Shown here in pieces: positions 50,726-59,408 of a stretch of DNA of 64,000 nt; the stretch's first letter is position 1, and every line of letters starts with the position of its first letter. The position numbers were made by a program, and so were the translations under genes. Source of the stretch: Vicinamibacteria bacterium (GTDB lineage Bacteria; Acidobacteriota; Vicinamibacteria; Marinacidobacterales; Marinacidobacteraceae); the NCBI GenBank assembly GCA_963422395.1, contig OY729431.1, positions 512,001-576,000 of the forward strand. The letters run 5' to 3'. The notes below the pieces were generated by a model. It was not told the origin of the DNA and searched no databases. It saw only the letters and a list, made by a program, of their open reading frames with translations.

Positions 50726-52159
50726 CTATTCCGGCGGTATTCCGCCGCCCTGCACGCGGGCCACGACTTCCCGGACCTGACCGGCGAAGCCGCGCGCTCT
50801 CTCCATCACGGCGCTCTCGTCCACGGTGGTGATCTCGCCGTCGCGCACCACGATCCGGCCTCCTACCAGCACGGTGCGGACATCGCCGCCCCGGGCCGCA
50901 TAGACCAGATGCGAATACGGACGGTAGAGCGGGGTCAGACCGGCGCGGCGCATCCCCACCAGCACGATGTCGGCCTGCTTGCCGACTTCGAGCGAGCCGA
51001 TGCGATCTTGCAGATTCAGGACCCGGGCGCCTCCCATGGTGGCCATCCGGAATACCGTCTCCGCAGGGAGGACGGTCGGATCGCCGGACGCGAATTTGTG
51101 GAGCTTCGCCGCGGTGTCCATCTCGCCGAACATGTCGAGATCGTTGTTGCTCGCCGGGCCGTCGGTGCCGAGCCCGACCGGAACCCCGGCGGCGAGCAGC
51201 TCGGCGACCGGCGCCGCGCGATCGCCTCCGAGCTTCATGTTGCTCTCGGGGTTGTGGGCCACTCCGGCGCCGCTCGCCGCGATCCGGCGGATGTCCGCTT
51301 GTGTGAGATAGACGCCGTGAGCGAGCACCGTTCCGGGACGGAGCGCCCCGATCGAGTCGAGCGCTTCGATCGTTCTCATCCCCAGGCTCGCGCGGATACG
51401 TTCGTCCTCGTCCTTCGCCTCCACCGCGTGGATCTGGAACGGCGCCCCGTGCCGGGCGGCCGCCTCGAAGGCGGCGCGGGTGTCGTCGAGGCTGGTGGTG
51501 TAGAGGGCGTGCGCCGAGGTGCCGGGCACCAGCAGCGGATGGCTGTGGTAGCGCTCGAAGAAATCGTCGGCGCCGGCGAGCGATGCGGCCGGGGTTGCGA
51601 AGTCGGGCGCCGGAAAACCGATCACGCTCGGCCCGGCCACCGCTCGGATGCCCGCTTCGATGATCGCCCGCGCCACCTCTTCGCGGAAGAAGTACATGTC
51701 GGCGAACGTCGTGGTTCCGCTCTTGAGCATCTCGATCGCGGAGAGCAGCGTCCCCCAGTACACGAACTCCGGCGCGACGAGTTCGGCCTCTGCGGGGAAG
51801 ATGTGTCCTTCCAGCCACTCCATGAGCGGCAGGTCGTCGGCGAGGCCGCGGAGCAGCGACATGGCGGCGTGCCCGTGGGTGTTCACCAGGCCGGGGATCA
51901 CCAGCTGCCCCTCGGCGTCGAGTACCGGGATCCCGGCGGGACGCGGGGCTGCCCGATCCAGGAGGCCGACGATCCGGTCCCCTTCGATGAGGACCGCGCC
52001 TCCTTCGAGGACGGCACCGGCCTCGTCCATCACCACCACCGTCCCGCCGTCGATCAGCAGCCGGCTGGCTGTCGGAGCCGCAGCGCTCTCGGGGCTGGAG
52101 CAGGCGGGCGCGGCGAGCGGAATGGCGAGCAGCAGGCTTTGGGTGGGAGTCGGAGTCAT
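50726..52159 (-). CDS. Metal-dependent amidohydrolase (MtaD/SAH-deaminase-like) with possible lipoprotein signal
   Basis: PGLVNTHGHAAM, EMLKSGTTTFADMY, HNPESNMKL, GLGTDGPASNN; N-terminal LAAPAC. Confidence 0.88.
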   Translation of the reverse strand: MTPTPTQSLLLAIPLAAPACSSPESAAAPTASRLLIDGGTVVVMDEAGAVLEGGAVLIEGDRIVGLLDRAAPRPAGIPVLDAEGQLVIPGLVNTHGHAAMSLLRGLADDLPLMEWLEGHIFPAEAELVAPEFVYWGTLLSAIEMLKSGTTTFADMYFFREEVARAIIEAGIRAVAGPSVIGFPAPDFATPAASLAGADDFFERYHSHPLLVPGTSAHALYTTSLDDTRAAFEAAARHGAPFQIHAVEAKDEDERIRASLGMRTIEALDSIGALRPGTVLAHGVYLTQADIRRIAASGAGVAHNPESNMKLGGDRAAPVAELLAAGVPVGLGTDGPASNNDLDMFGEMDTAAKLHKFASGDPTVLPAETVFRMATMGGARVLNLQDRIGSLEVGKQADIVLVGMRRAGLTPLYRPYSHLVYAARGGDVRTVLVGGRIVVRDGEITTVDESAVMERARGFAGQVREVVARVQGGGIPPE

Positions 52160-52211
52160 GGAACGCTCGATCCGCGGAATCACCGGCGCGAACCCGTCTG
52201 GAACTCGAGGA

Positions 52212-54062
52212 TCAAGGGTACTCCGCCGGAGGGCTCTTTCCGCCGCGTTTCCGCTGTTCGCGAGCCCTCGCGGAACGCTCCGCCGAGCGGATTCGGTTCA
52301 GGACGGCGGCGATCTCGTGCCGCCGGGGCCGGGCGAGCCGGCCCGGGTGTCGGCCGGCCCGCCCCGCTTCCGTCAGCGAATCCAGCCCTTCGCGATCGAG
52401 TTGCGCCTCGATGCCGTCGAGCAGCGCGGCGACCGGGAGGCCCCCCGAGCTGCGGTAGGCCAGAGCGAGGGCATGACCGGCAGCGCGGGTCTGGCTCGGA
52501 TCGAAGAGCTGGTCGAGCGCGCCGAGGTCCACCTCTTCCTCGCCGTAGAGGAGCGCATCCCGCCGAGCGGCTCGGATCCGGGGTCCGCCGCGTCGTCCCG
52601 CCGGGTCGAGCCGCGAACTGTCGGGGATTCGGCCTTCTCGGGCGAAGGTGCCGGCGGCCGGTTCCCGAACCCGCCGGCTCGGCAGCTCCGCCGCCACTCG
52701 CCGCGCCTGGGCGGTCACTTCGCGCGGGCGGTAATCGGCCAGCTGGATCACCGTGTCGGCAGCCTCGAAATAGTCGCCCGAGCCTCCCATCACCAGGATC
52801 GTCGAAACCCGGTGTTCGTCGTAGAGCTCGCGCACCCGGTCGAGGAGGGGGACGATGGGCTCCGAATCCCGGGAGACGAGCGCCTGCATCCGCGCGTCGC
52901 GGATCATCAGGTTCGTCGCCGAGGTGTCCTCGTCCATCAGCAGGACCCGGGCGCCCGCTTCCAGCGCCTCCACGATGGAAGCCGCCTGGCTGGTGCTTCC
53001 GCTCGCGTTTTCCGTGGTGAACGCGGTAGTGGTCCGGCCGCCGGGAAGCTCGCGCAAGAACGGGCTCACATCCACCGAGAACACCGGGCGGCCCTCCTCG
53101 GCGCGGATCGTCACCGCATCGGAGCGGGTGACGACACGTTCCCGCCCATCGCCCGGAAGGTGCGGTGCGACGGCGCGGGCGAGCGCTTGGAGCAGCGTGG
53201 ACTTGCCGTGGAATCCGCCGCCGACGATGAGAGTCACGCCTTCCGGGATGCCCATCCCGGAGAGCTGCGGCGAGCCGCCTTCCGGATGGAGCAGCGGCAG
53301 GTGCACCCGGAGCGGCGGCGGGCTCGTGAAAGCCACCGCTGCGCTGCCTTCCAGCGGGAGTTCGCTCGCCCCGCTCGCCCGCGGCAGGACCGCGCCGTCG
53401 GCCACGAACGCTGCGAGTCTTCGCTCCGCCAGCCGGTCGCGAAGGTGCTCCTGATTCTCGATGTCCCGCACGAAGGCGTCCGGACCGCCGGTCGGGAGGT
53501 TCGAGAAGACGAGCGCCTCGGCGGCGATGCGGGTCAGCTCGGAGACCAGGAGATGCGCGGCGCGCTCTCCGAGGATGCGGCGCCCGGCGGCGGGCAGACC
53601 GACCTCGAGGCGTGCCTCGACCCAGGGGGCGCCCGCGCCGCTTCCGATCCGCACCGCGGCCCGTTCGAGGACTTCCTGCCCGCCGCAGTCCACTCGAACC
53701 TCCCCGCTGCGGCCCGAACCCTGCCGGTTCTCCGAACCTCGGATCGCCAGCTCCACCCGGCGCGCCAGGTAGTCGGCGAGCGCGACCCGCCGGATGCGGT
53801 TCGAGAAGAGCTCCGCCGGGAAGCCGGCAGTACCGCCCTCCACCCGGAGCCGCATCCGCGAGGGCGGTGCGAACGGATCCCGCGCCGCTCGGTCGAGGAA
53901 GACGGTGATCCCTTCCCCGACCGGCCACGCCCCTTCGAGGCCGCGGTACGCCGGATATCCCCGCCCGTCGAGCCGCCGGCACGCAGCCGCGAGGTTCTGC
54001 CCGTGCGGGGGGCGCGGCGTCGGCCGCCCGGTGCCGCAGGGGTCGGCTCGGTCGGAGATCAC
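52212..54062 (-). CDS. ABC-class ATPase-domain protein (soluble, ABC_ATPase/MRB1590-like family)
   Basis: DGRGYPAY, DPFAPPS, GGGFHGKST Walker A, ASGSTSQAA, LLMDEDTSATN. Confidence 0.88.
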   Translation of the reverse strand: MISDRADPCGTGRPTPRPPHGQNLAAACRRLDGRGYPAYRGLEGAWPVGEGITVFLDRAARDPFAPPSRMRLRVEGGTAGFPAELFSNRIRRVALADYLARRVELAIRGSENRQGSGRSGEVRVDCGGQEVLERAAVRIGSGAGAPWVEARLEVGLPAAGRRILGERAAHLLVSELTRIAAEALVFSNLPTGGPDAFVRDIENQEHLRDRLAERRLAAFVADGAVLPRASGASELPLEGSAAVAFTSPPPLRVHLPLLHPEGGSPQLSGMGIPEGVTLIVGGGFHGKSTLLQALARAVAPHLPGDGRERVVTRSDAVTIRAEEGRPVFSVDVSPFLRELPGGRTTTAFTTENASGSTSQAASIVEALEAGARVLLMDEDTSATNLMIRDARMQALVSRDSEPIVPLLDRVRELYDEHRVSTILVMGGSGDYFEAADTVIQLADYRPREVTAQARRVAAELPSRRVREPAAGTFAREGRIPDSSRLDPAGRRGGPRIRAARRDALLYGEEEVDLGALDQLFDPSQTRAAGHALALAYRSSGGLPVAALLDGIEAQLDREGLDSLTEAGRAGRHPGRLARPRRHEIAAVLNRIRSAERSARAREQRKRGGKSPPAEYP

Positions 54063-54135
54063 TCGTCCCTCAGATGAGGGTCGGGGTACGAAAGCGCGGC
54101 CTCATGGTTGTTCTCTTCGTGGTTCTCTTCGAACG

Positions 54136-54792
54136 CTACTCCGCCCTGGCGGTTCGAGCCGGCCTCGCCAACCCCTCCAGGCAGGTCAGCCACGCACAGA
54201 ACCTCGGGCATTCGGCGCAGATCTTCGCCAAGCCGGCCAACCGCGCGACCCGCGGGCCGTGAAGGCGCTTCCGGTATCCCGGCACCGCGGCGGCGACCCG
54301 CTTGCTAGGGGCGCTTTGCGGACCGTCGTCGATGTCTTCGGGGGTGGCGAATTGCCGCCGCACCGCTGACAGCCTCCCGATAGCCGGGTCCGTCACACTG
54401 TCGATCGTCCGAAAAGCCGCGGTATCGGAAAACAGAAGGCCCTCGAATTCGTGTTTCTGGACATAGGGGAACACCCGCCCGCCGCCAGAGACTTCCTCCC
54501 CGATCTTCTGCTCCAGGCGTCCTTCCAGTGCCTCGACGGTCAGGTCTTCCTTGTCACGAAAACCGTAGAAGTCGACCAGCGAGGTCACGGCGTCGAAAGA
54601 GTGGTGCAAGTGGAGCATTTCCGATACCAGCCGTCCGACGGTGACATTGCCGCCGCCGGTACTGCCGGTCCGGGCGCGGCCGAGCAGGATCGGGGTCGGC
54701 TCGACTTTCCTCGGCCGCAGATGGTCGACGAGCAAAGTCTTGATGAATTCCTCTTCGGTCTGGCCGTCCACCGTTATGGCGAGACGGGTCAC
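54136..54792 (-). CDS. DUF4276-like (TOPRIM-like) protein
   Basis: VDGQTEEEF, LVDFYG, YVQKHEFEGLLFSD, PEDIDD, PSKR, CPRFCAW; GTGA overlap with ATPase. Confidence 0.82.
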   Translation of the reverse strand: MTRLAITVDGQTEEEFIKTLLVDHLRPRKVEPTPILLGRARTGSTGGGNVTVGRLVSEMLHLHHSFDAVTSLVDFYGFRDKEDLTVEALEGRLEQKIGEEVSGGGRVFPYVQKHEFEGLLFSDTAAFRTIDSVTDPAIGRLSAVRRQFATPEDIDDGPQSAPSKRVAAAVPGYRKRLHGPRVARLAGLAKICAECPRFCAWLTCLEGLARPARTARAE

Positions 54793-55913
54793 GGGCGGCC
54801 TCCGAGCAGGTTCTTCTGCCAAAGCTCGCCGGTCGTGTAGTCCTCCAGCCAGTTTCGATACGCGCTTTCGTCGCAGCGGTGAACCTCCGTCCGCTCGTTC
54901 TGCAGTTCCAGAACCAGGATCTCGTCGAGGTCGAACGCATCGACGAGCAAGGGCGACTGTGTCGCCGCGATGACCTGACGATCTTCTGCGAGCACCTTGA
55001 TCATGTCGCCCACCAAGGCTGTGGCGGCCGGATGCAGCCCCAGCTCCGGTTCGTCCAGCAGAAGTACATCGGGGAGCATCTCGGGCGGGAGGTTCAACAG
55101 CGTCACCAGCGCGAAGAGACGAAGCGAGCCGTCGGAGGTCAGGTGGGCACCGATGCTCTTCTCCATGCTCTTCGCTCTCCACCGCAACAAGACCTTCCCG
55201 TAGTCTTCCTCGAGTTCGAAGCAGTCGAAGACCGGCAGCGCCCGCCGGACATGATCGCAAATCGAATCGAATCGCCGCTTGTCTTCTCGTTCGAGACGGA
55301 GCAGGATCGCGGCCAGATTCCCGCCGTGGGATCTGAGATAGCGATTGTCCCTCGCGTCCCATCTTTTCTTGAAGTACGAATCTTTCGAGGTGTCGTGAAA
55401 TTGGTACACAGCGCAACGCCGCAGTAGTTGGACGAGCACGCGGGCCGTCTTCGGATCGGCTTCGAAGTTTTCGCCTTCCTGAGTTGCCTCGACGATCTTC
55501 GCTTCAGAGTGGCCGCTTCCGAGATGCTGCCAGGGCGCTTCGGTATCCCATCCCTCCCGGTTGAACCGAAGCGCCTCATCGGTGAACATGAAACGATCGG
55601 GGTGGGCGTAAGCGAGCGTGAATCGATAGTCATTTCGTCCTGATTCCGTTCGCATGGCGATTTCAGTTTCCATCCGTGGGCTGACCTTGCTGCCGCCGAA
55701 CAGTTGGTCGTCGGCGCCGCCTTCACGCTGGACGAACTCGGCAAGTCGGGAAGCCCCGATCATCCAGCTCATCATCTCGAAAAAACGGATGAAGTTGGAC
55801 TTCCCGGAGCCGTTCGTGCCGATCAGGATGGCTGCTTTCGGCAGTTTTTGGATCTCGATGTCTGCGAGGGAACGGAAACCCTTGATTCTGAGGGATTCGA
55901 TCAGGTTCGACAT
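54789..55913 (-). CDS. AAA_21/AbiEii-like ABC-type ATPase
   Basis: IKGFRSL, GTNGSGKSN, SDGSLR signature, LLDEPELGLHP, ATQS. Confidence 0.9.
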   Translation of the reverse strand: MSNLIESLRIKGFRSLADIEIQKLPKAAILIGTNGSGKSNFIRFFEMMSWMIGASRLAEFVQREGGADDQLFGGSKVSPRMETEIAMRTESGRNDYRFTLAYAHPDRFMFTDEALRFNREGWDTEAPWQHLGSGHSEAKIVEATQEGENFEADPKTARVLVQLLRRCAVYQFHDTSKDSYFKKRWDARDNRYLRSHGGNLAAILLRLEREDKRRFDSICDHVRRALPVFDCFELEEDYGKVLLRWRAKSMEKSIGAHLTSDGSLRLFALVTLLNLPPEMLPDVLLLDEPELGLHPAATALVGDMIKVLAEDRQVIAATQSPLLVDAFDLDEILVLELQNERTEVHRCDESAYRNWLEDYTTGELWQKNLLGGRP

Positions 55914-56169
55914 GAGCTGCGCTGGTTCCCTCGATCTGGTGTGGAAGCGGATCGATGCATGAAATCGAAACTGGGAATGGGGGTCGAACTCGTGGACGAT
56001 CTCGATCGAATCAGCTGTGTCGCGCCGCCGTCGCGGCAGGTTCGGTGAAGAACGCGGTCGGGCTCGAGATCGAGCCGGCCGCGGGGAACCGCCTGCCGGC
56101 CCTTCGCCGCACCTCGATGCCCGATGCCGCAAGGCCCCGGGTGCCGCAAGGGATGGCCCGGAAGGTAGC

Positions 56170-57192
56170 ATGATGAGCGGCATGGCGGGCGGCAGCAGCA
56201 TGGGGAAGAAGGCGCGTTCTTTCTGGTGGGATCGGACGCCGGAGCTGCGCGCCCGGCTCGCCGAGGCGGTGCCGCGAGAAGAGTTGCGGCGGCTCCATCG
56301 GCGGCGGCCGGTGCTGCACTTCCTGGTGCTCGGCTGGCAGTTCCTCCTGCTCTTCGGGGGTGCGGCGGCGGCGTGGCGGGCTTCTTCCTGGTGGCTCTGG
56401 ATTCCGGCGGCGGCGGTCGTCGGGTTCACCGTCTTCAACTTCACGGTGATGCTCCACGAGGTGGTGCACGCGTCGGTGTTCCGCAGCGGACACCGCACCG
56501 CGTACCGGGTGCTGCGCCATCTCTACGCCTTTCCGAGCGGGATTTCGGCGACCCAGTTCAGCCGCTGGCATCTCGACCACCACGCCCAGCTCGGCGACGA
56601 AGAGGCCGACCCGAAGCGGCACTGGCTCTCGCCGAAGCGGCACGCCCGCTGGTTCAAGGCGCTCTATCTGACCCCGGCGCTGATCCCGATCTACTTCCGG
56701 GCGGCGCGGCGGGAGACCGCCGGCTATCCCGAGGCGGTCCGCCGGGCGATCTCCCGGGAGCGCGCGCTGACGATGGCCGGCCACCTCGGGATCCTGGTCC
56801 TGCTCGCCGCCGCCGGCGGCGTTTCCATCGCCTTCAAGGTGTATCTGGTGCCGGTTTTCCTGGTCTTCCCGATGGCGTTCACGCTGAACCGGCTGGGGCA
56901 GCACTACGACATCGTGCCGGAGAATCCGGCGCTCTGGGGAACCGTGCTGCGCCCTTCGCGGTTTTGGGACGCTGCGTTCCTCTGGTCGGGCTATCACCTC
57001 GAACATCACTACTTTCCGCGGGTGCCCTTCTACAACCTCAGGAAACTCCACTTCCTGCTCCGGCCGTTCTTCGATGAGATCGGCGCCCGTCCGACGAGTT
57101 ACGGGCGGCTCCTCTGGGAGTGGTTCGGGCGGAACCGCGCCCCCCACACCGACTGGAGTGGCGCCGGCACACCGGCCAGCCCGCCGCCGTGA
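56170..57192 (+). CDS. Membrane fatty-acid desaturase family protein
   Basis: Three His boxes HEVVH, WHLDHH, YHLEHH; TM segments. Confidence 0.9.
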   Translation: MMSGMAGGSSMGKKARSFWWDRTPELRARLAEAVPREELRRLHRRRPVLHFLVLGWQFLLLFGGAAAAWRASSWWLWIPAAAVVGFTVFNFTVMLHEVVHASVFRSGHRTAYRVLRHLYAFPSGISATQFSRWHLDHHAQLGDEEADPKRHWLSPKRHARWFKALYLTPALIPIYFRAARRETAGYPEAVRRAISRERALTMAGHLGILVLLAAAGGVSIAFKVYLVPVFLVFPMAFTLNRLGQHYDIVPENPALWGTVLRPSRFWDAAFLWSGYHLEHHYFPRVPFYNLRKLHFLLRPFFDEIGARPTSYGRLLWEWFGRNRAPHTDWSGAGTPASPPP

Positions 57193-57479
57193 CCGCACCG
57201 GTGGGTGAGAAGATGCGCGCCGCCGTGGCCGAGGGAACCGTGAAGTGGTACGACCCCCGCCGGGGGGAGGGTTACATCCTGCGCGTCGAGGGGCCCGATG
57301 TGCATGTCCCGGCGAGCGCCCTGCTCGACCCGGACCCCGGCTTCCTCATCGAGGGTCAGTCGGTGGAATTCGAACTCTTGAAGATTCCCGGCGGCTTTCG
57401 CGCGAAGGGTGTGCGCGTGGTGGGCTGGGGCTCGGCGGCGCCGCCGAACGACCCGCCTAACGAACCCGCCGGGCGCTGA
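57189..57479 (+). CDS. Cold-shock domain protein
   Basis: EGTVKWYD..RGEGYI, DVHV, EGQSVEFE; GTGA overlap with desaturase. Confidence 0.85.
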   Translation: MTAPVGEKMRAAVAEGTVKWYDPRRGEGYILRVEGPDVHVPASALLDPDPGFLIEGQSVEFELLKIPGGFRAKGVRVVGWGSAAPPNDPPNEPAGR

Positions 57480-58440
57480 AACGGGCGTCCGGCGGAGACC
57501 GGCGCCGCGCGCGCTCCGCCAGCCCTCCGGCGAGTCCGCGGCCGTTCCGCTCGGCATCGGCGATGGCGATCCCGACCGTCACTTCCAATTGCTGTTCGGC
57601 AGCCCCGCGGAAGGTTCCCCGCGTCGGGGGGACATCCCGATAATCCCGTCCGACGGCCACCCGGATGTGGCGCCGCGGGGGAACGGTGTCGTTCGTGGGG
57701 TCTGCTCCCACCCAGCCGAGGCCCGGCAGCAGGCACTCGACCCAGGCGTGGCTCGCATTGGCCGTCAGCCTCTCGTCGTCCTCACCGCTCGCGAAGAGAT
57801 ACCCGGAGGTGTACCGGGCCGGAATTCCCCAGCCGCGGACGATGGCGAGCATGATGTGCGAGAAGTCCTGACACACCCCGCGGCCGCCCTCGAGCGCGTG
57901 ATCGATGGGCGAATCCACCCCGGTCGCGCCCCGCTCGAAGGCGAGGCCGCCGTGGATCCGGGTGGTCAGTTCGCGGATCGAGGCGAGGGGGGTATCGCCG
58001 CGCTCGATGCCGCACTTCTTCACGAAGTCCCCGAGCGCCGGCGTCGGCCGCGTGAGCGGCGTCGGATGCAGCAGGTGCCACCGCCGGCTCGTGCCGAGCG
58101 CCGAAAGGTCGTCCCACCCCGGCCCCGGCGCGTCCGGCGGGTCGGCGAGATGGAGGCCTACCAGTGAGCGGGCGGCCACCGTCAGGTCTTCGTGCTCGCT
58201 CGGGATGTCGAAGAAATGGGCGGTGTTGCCGAAACAGTCCTCGAAATCGGACAACTCGGCGCCCGGCTCGGTCCCGAGCCGGAACGATTCGAGGTGCTGC
58301 GAGGCGTCGCTCGTCGGCTGCAGGTACAGCGTCACCACCTCCTCGCGCACCGGCGCCGAATACCGGAAGCGGGTGATGTGCTCGATCTCGTAGAAGGTCG
58401 AGTCCTCGGTCCGGTTCATCCGACCCGGTTCATCCGACAT
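57457..58440 (-). CDS. Transglutaminase-like protein (N-terminal domain + Cys-His-Asp core)
   Basis: IEHITRFRY, GVCQDFSH, ARYTSGY, SHAWVE, ADPTN, GRDYRDVPP. Confidence 0.93.
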   Translation of the reverse strand: MSDEPGRMNRTEDSTFYEIEHITRFRYSAPVREEVVTLYLQPTSDASQHLESFRLGTEPGAELSDFEDCFGNTAHFFDIPSEHEDLTVAARSLVGLHLADPPDAPGPGWDDLSALGTSRRWHLLHPTPLTRPTPALGDFVKKCGIERGDTPLASIRELTTRIHGGLAFERGATGVDSPIDHALEGGRGVCQDFSHIMLAIVRGWGIPARYTSGYLFASGEDDERLTANASHAWVECLLPGLGWVGADPTNDTVPPRRHIRVAVGRDYRDVPPTRGTFRGAAEQQLEVTVGIAIADAERNGRGLAGGLAERARRRSPPDARFSARRVR

Positions 58441-59404
58441 GCAGCGCCTGATCGGCGGGATAGGAGATGTATCGCCGGTAGATCTCGTCGTGGAGCTCCC
58501 TCGTGAGCCGCCGCACCTCGTCGAGGACGACGGCCAGGTTCCCGGCCTGTTCCGGACTGTAGGCGAGCAGCGCTCGGAGCTTTCCGGCGAGCCGGTGCGG
58601 CGTCTGGAGCGGATGGCGGGCGCCTCCGGCCGGGTCTATGCGGTCCAGGCCGCGGCTGATCTCCTCGGCGGCGAAACGGAGAGTGTGCGGCGACTCCGGT
58701 TCGTAGATGAGGAAGGCCATCACCCGTTCCGGTTCGATGGCCGCCGTGTGGTGCTTGCAGTAGGGCTCGAAACTCGCGCAGTTGCGGAGCAGCAGCGACC
58801 AGTCCCGCTCGGCTTCTCCGCGGCCTGGACCCGGCCGGTATGCCTCGAGGACCTCGGTGGTGACCTGGATGCGCTCCATGAACCGTCCCAGCCGGATGAA
58901 GTCCCAGGCCAGCCCGTGGCGCAGGCTGTTGTCGGTGAGGCCTCGGAAGAGATAGATCCGGGCGGAGGTCTCCCGGTAGAAATTCTCCGGCTCCCGGTTC
59001 CAGATGGAGTGCAGCTGGGTTTCCCGGAGCGCGAGATAGGAACGATTCAGCTGACCCCACATCTCCGAGGTGATCTCCTGCCGCGCCTGGCGCGCGTTCT
59101 CCCGGGAGCGAGCCCAGAGCGCCGTCACCGAAGCGGTGTTTTCCGCCTCGAAGGTCATGAAGTCCACGAGCGTGTAGGCGTCGGCGAGCAGGAAGTTCTC
59201 GTTCCTCGGCTCCAGGTAGCGCTCGTCGCCCCCCGGCGGGGTCGTCGTCAGGCTGTGGAAGAGCCGCTTCCAGCCCTCCGCGACCTCGGCGCCCGAACGA
59301 TCGGCCAGCGAGCCCACCTGAACTCCCAGCAGCCGGGTGGTCTGGTCGGCGCGTTCCAGATACCGACTCATCCAGTAGAGGTTGTCGGCGACCCGGGCGA
59401 GCAT
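58430..59404 (-). CDS. Alpha-E domain protein (DUF403)
   Basis: MLARVADNLYWMSRYLERA, RENARQARQEITSEMW, LGRFMER. Confidence 0.92.
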   Translation of the reverse strand: MLARVADNLYWMSRYLERADQTTRLLGVQVGSLADRSGAEVAEGWKRLFHSLTTTPPGGDERYLEPRNENFLLADAYTLVDFMTFEAENTASVTALWARSRENARQARQEITSEMWGQLNRSYLALRETQLHSIWNREPENFYRETSARIYLFRGLTDNSLRHGLAWDFIRLGRFMERIQVTTEVLEAYRPGPGRGEAERDWSLLLRNCASFEPYCKHHTAAIEPERVMAFLIYEPESPHTLRFAAEEISRGLDRIDPAGGARHPLQTPHRLAGKLRALLAYSPEQAGNLAVVLDEVRRLTRELHDEIYRRYISYPADQALHVG

Positions 59405-59408
59405 TCGG

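Noticed and set aside
54066-54105. Hammerhead-like CAGATGAG...CGAAA
   Set aside because: The core should be CUGANGA and the required stems are not evident
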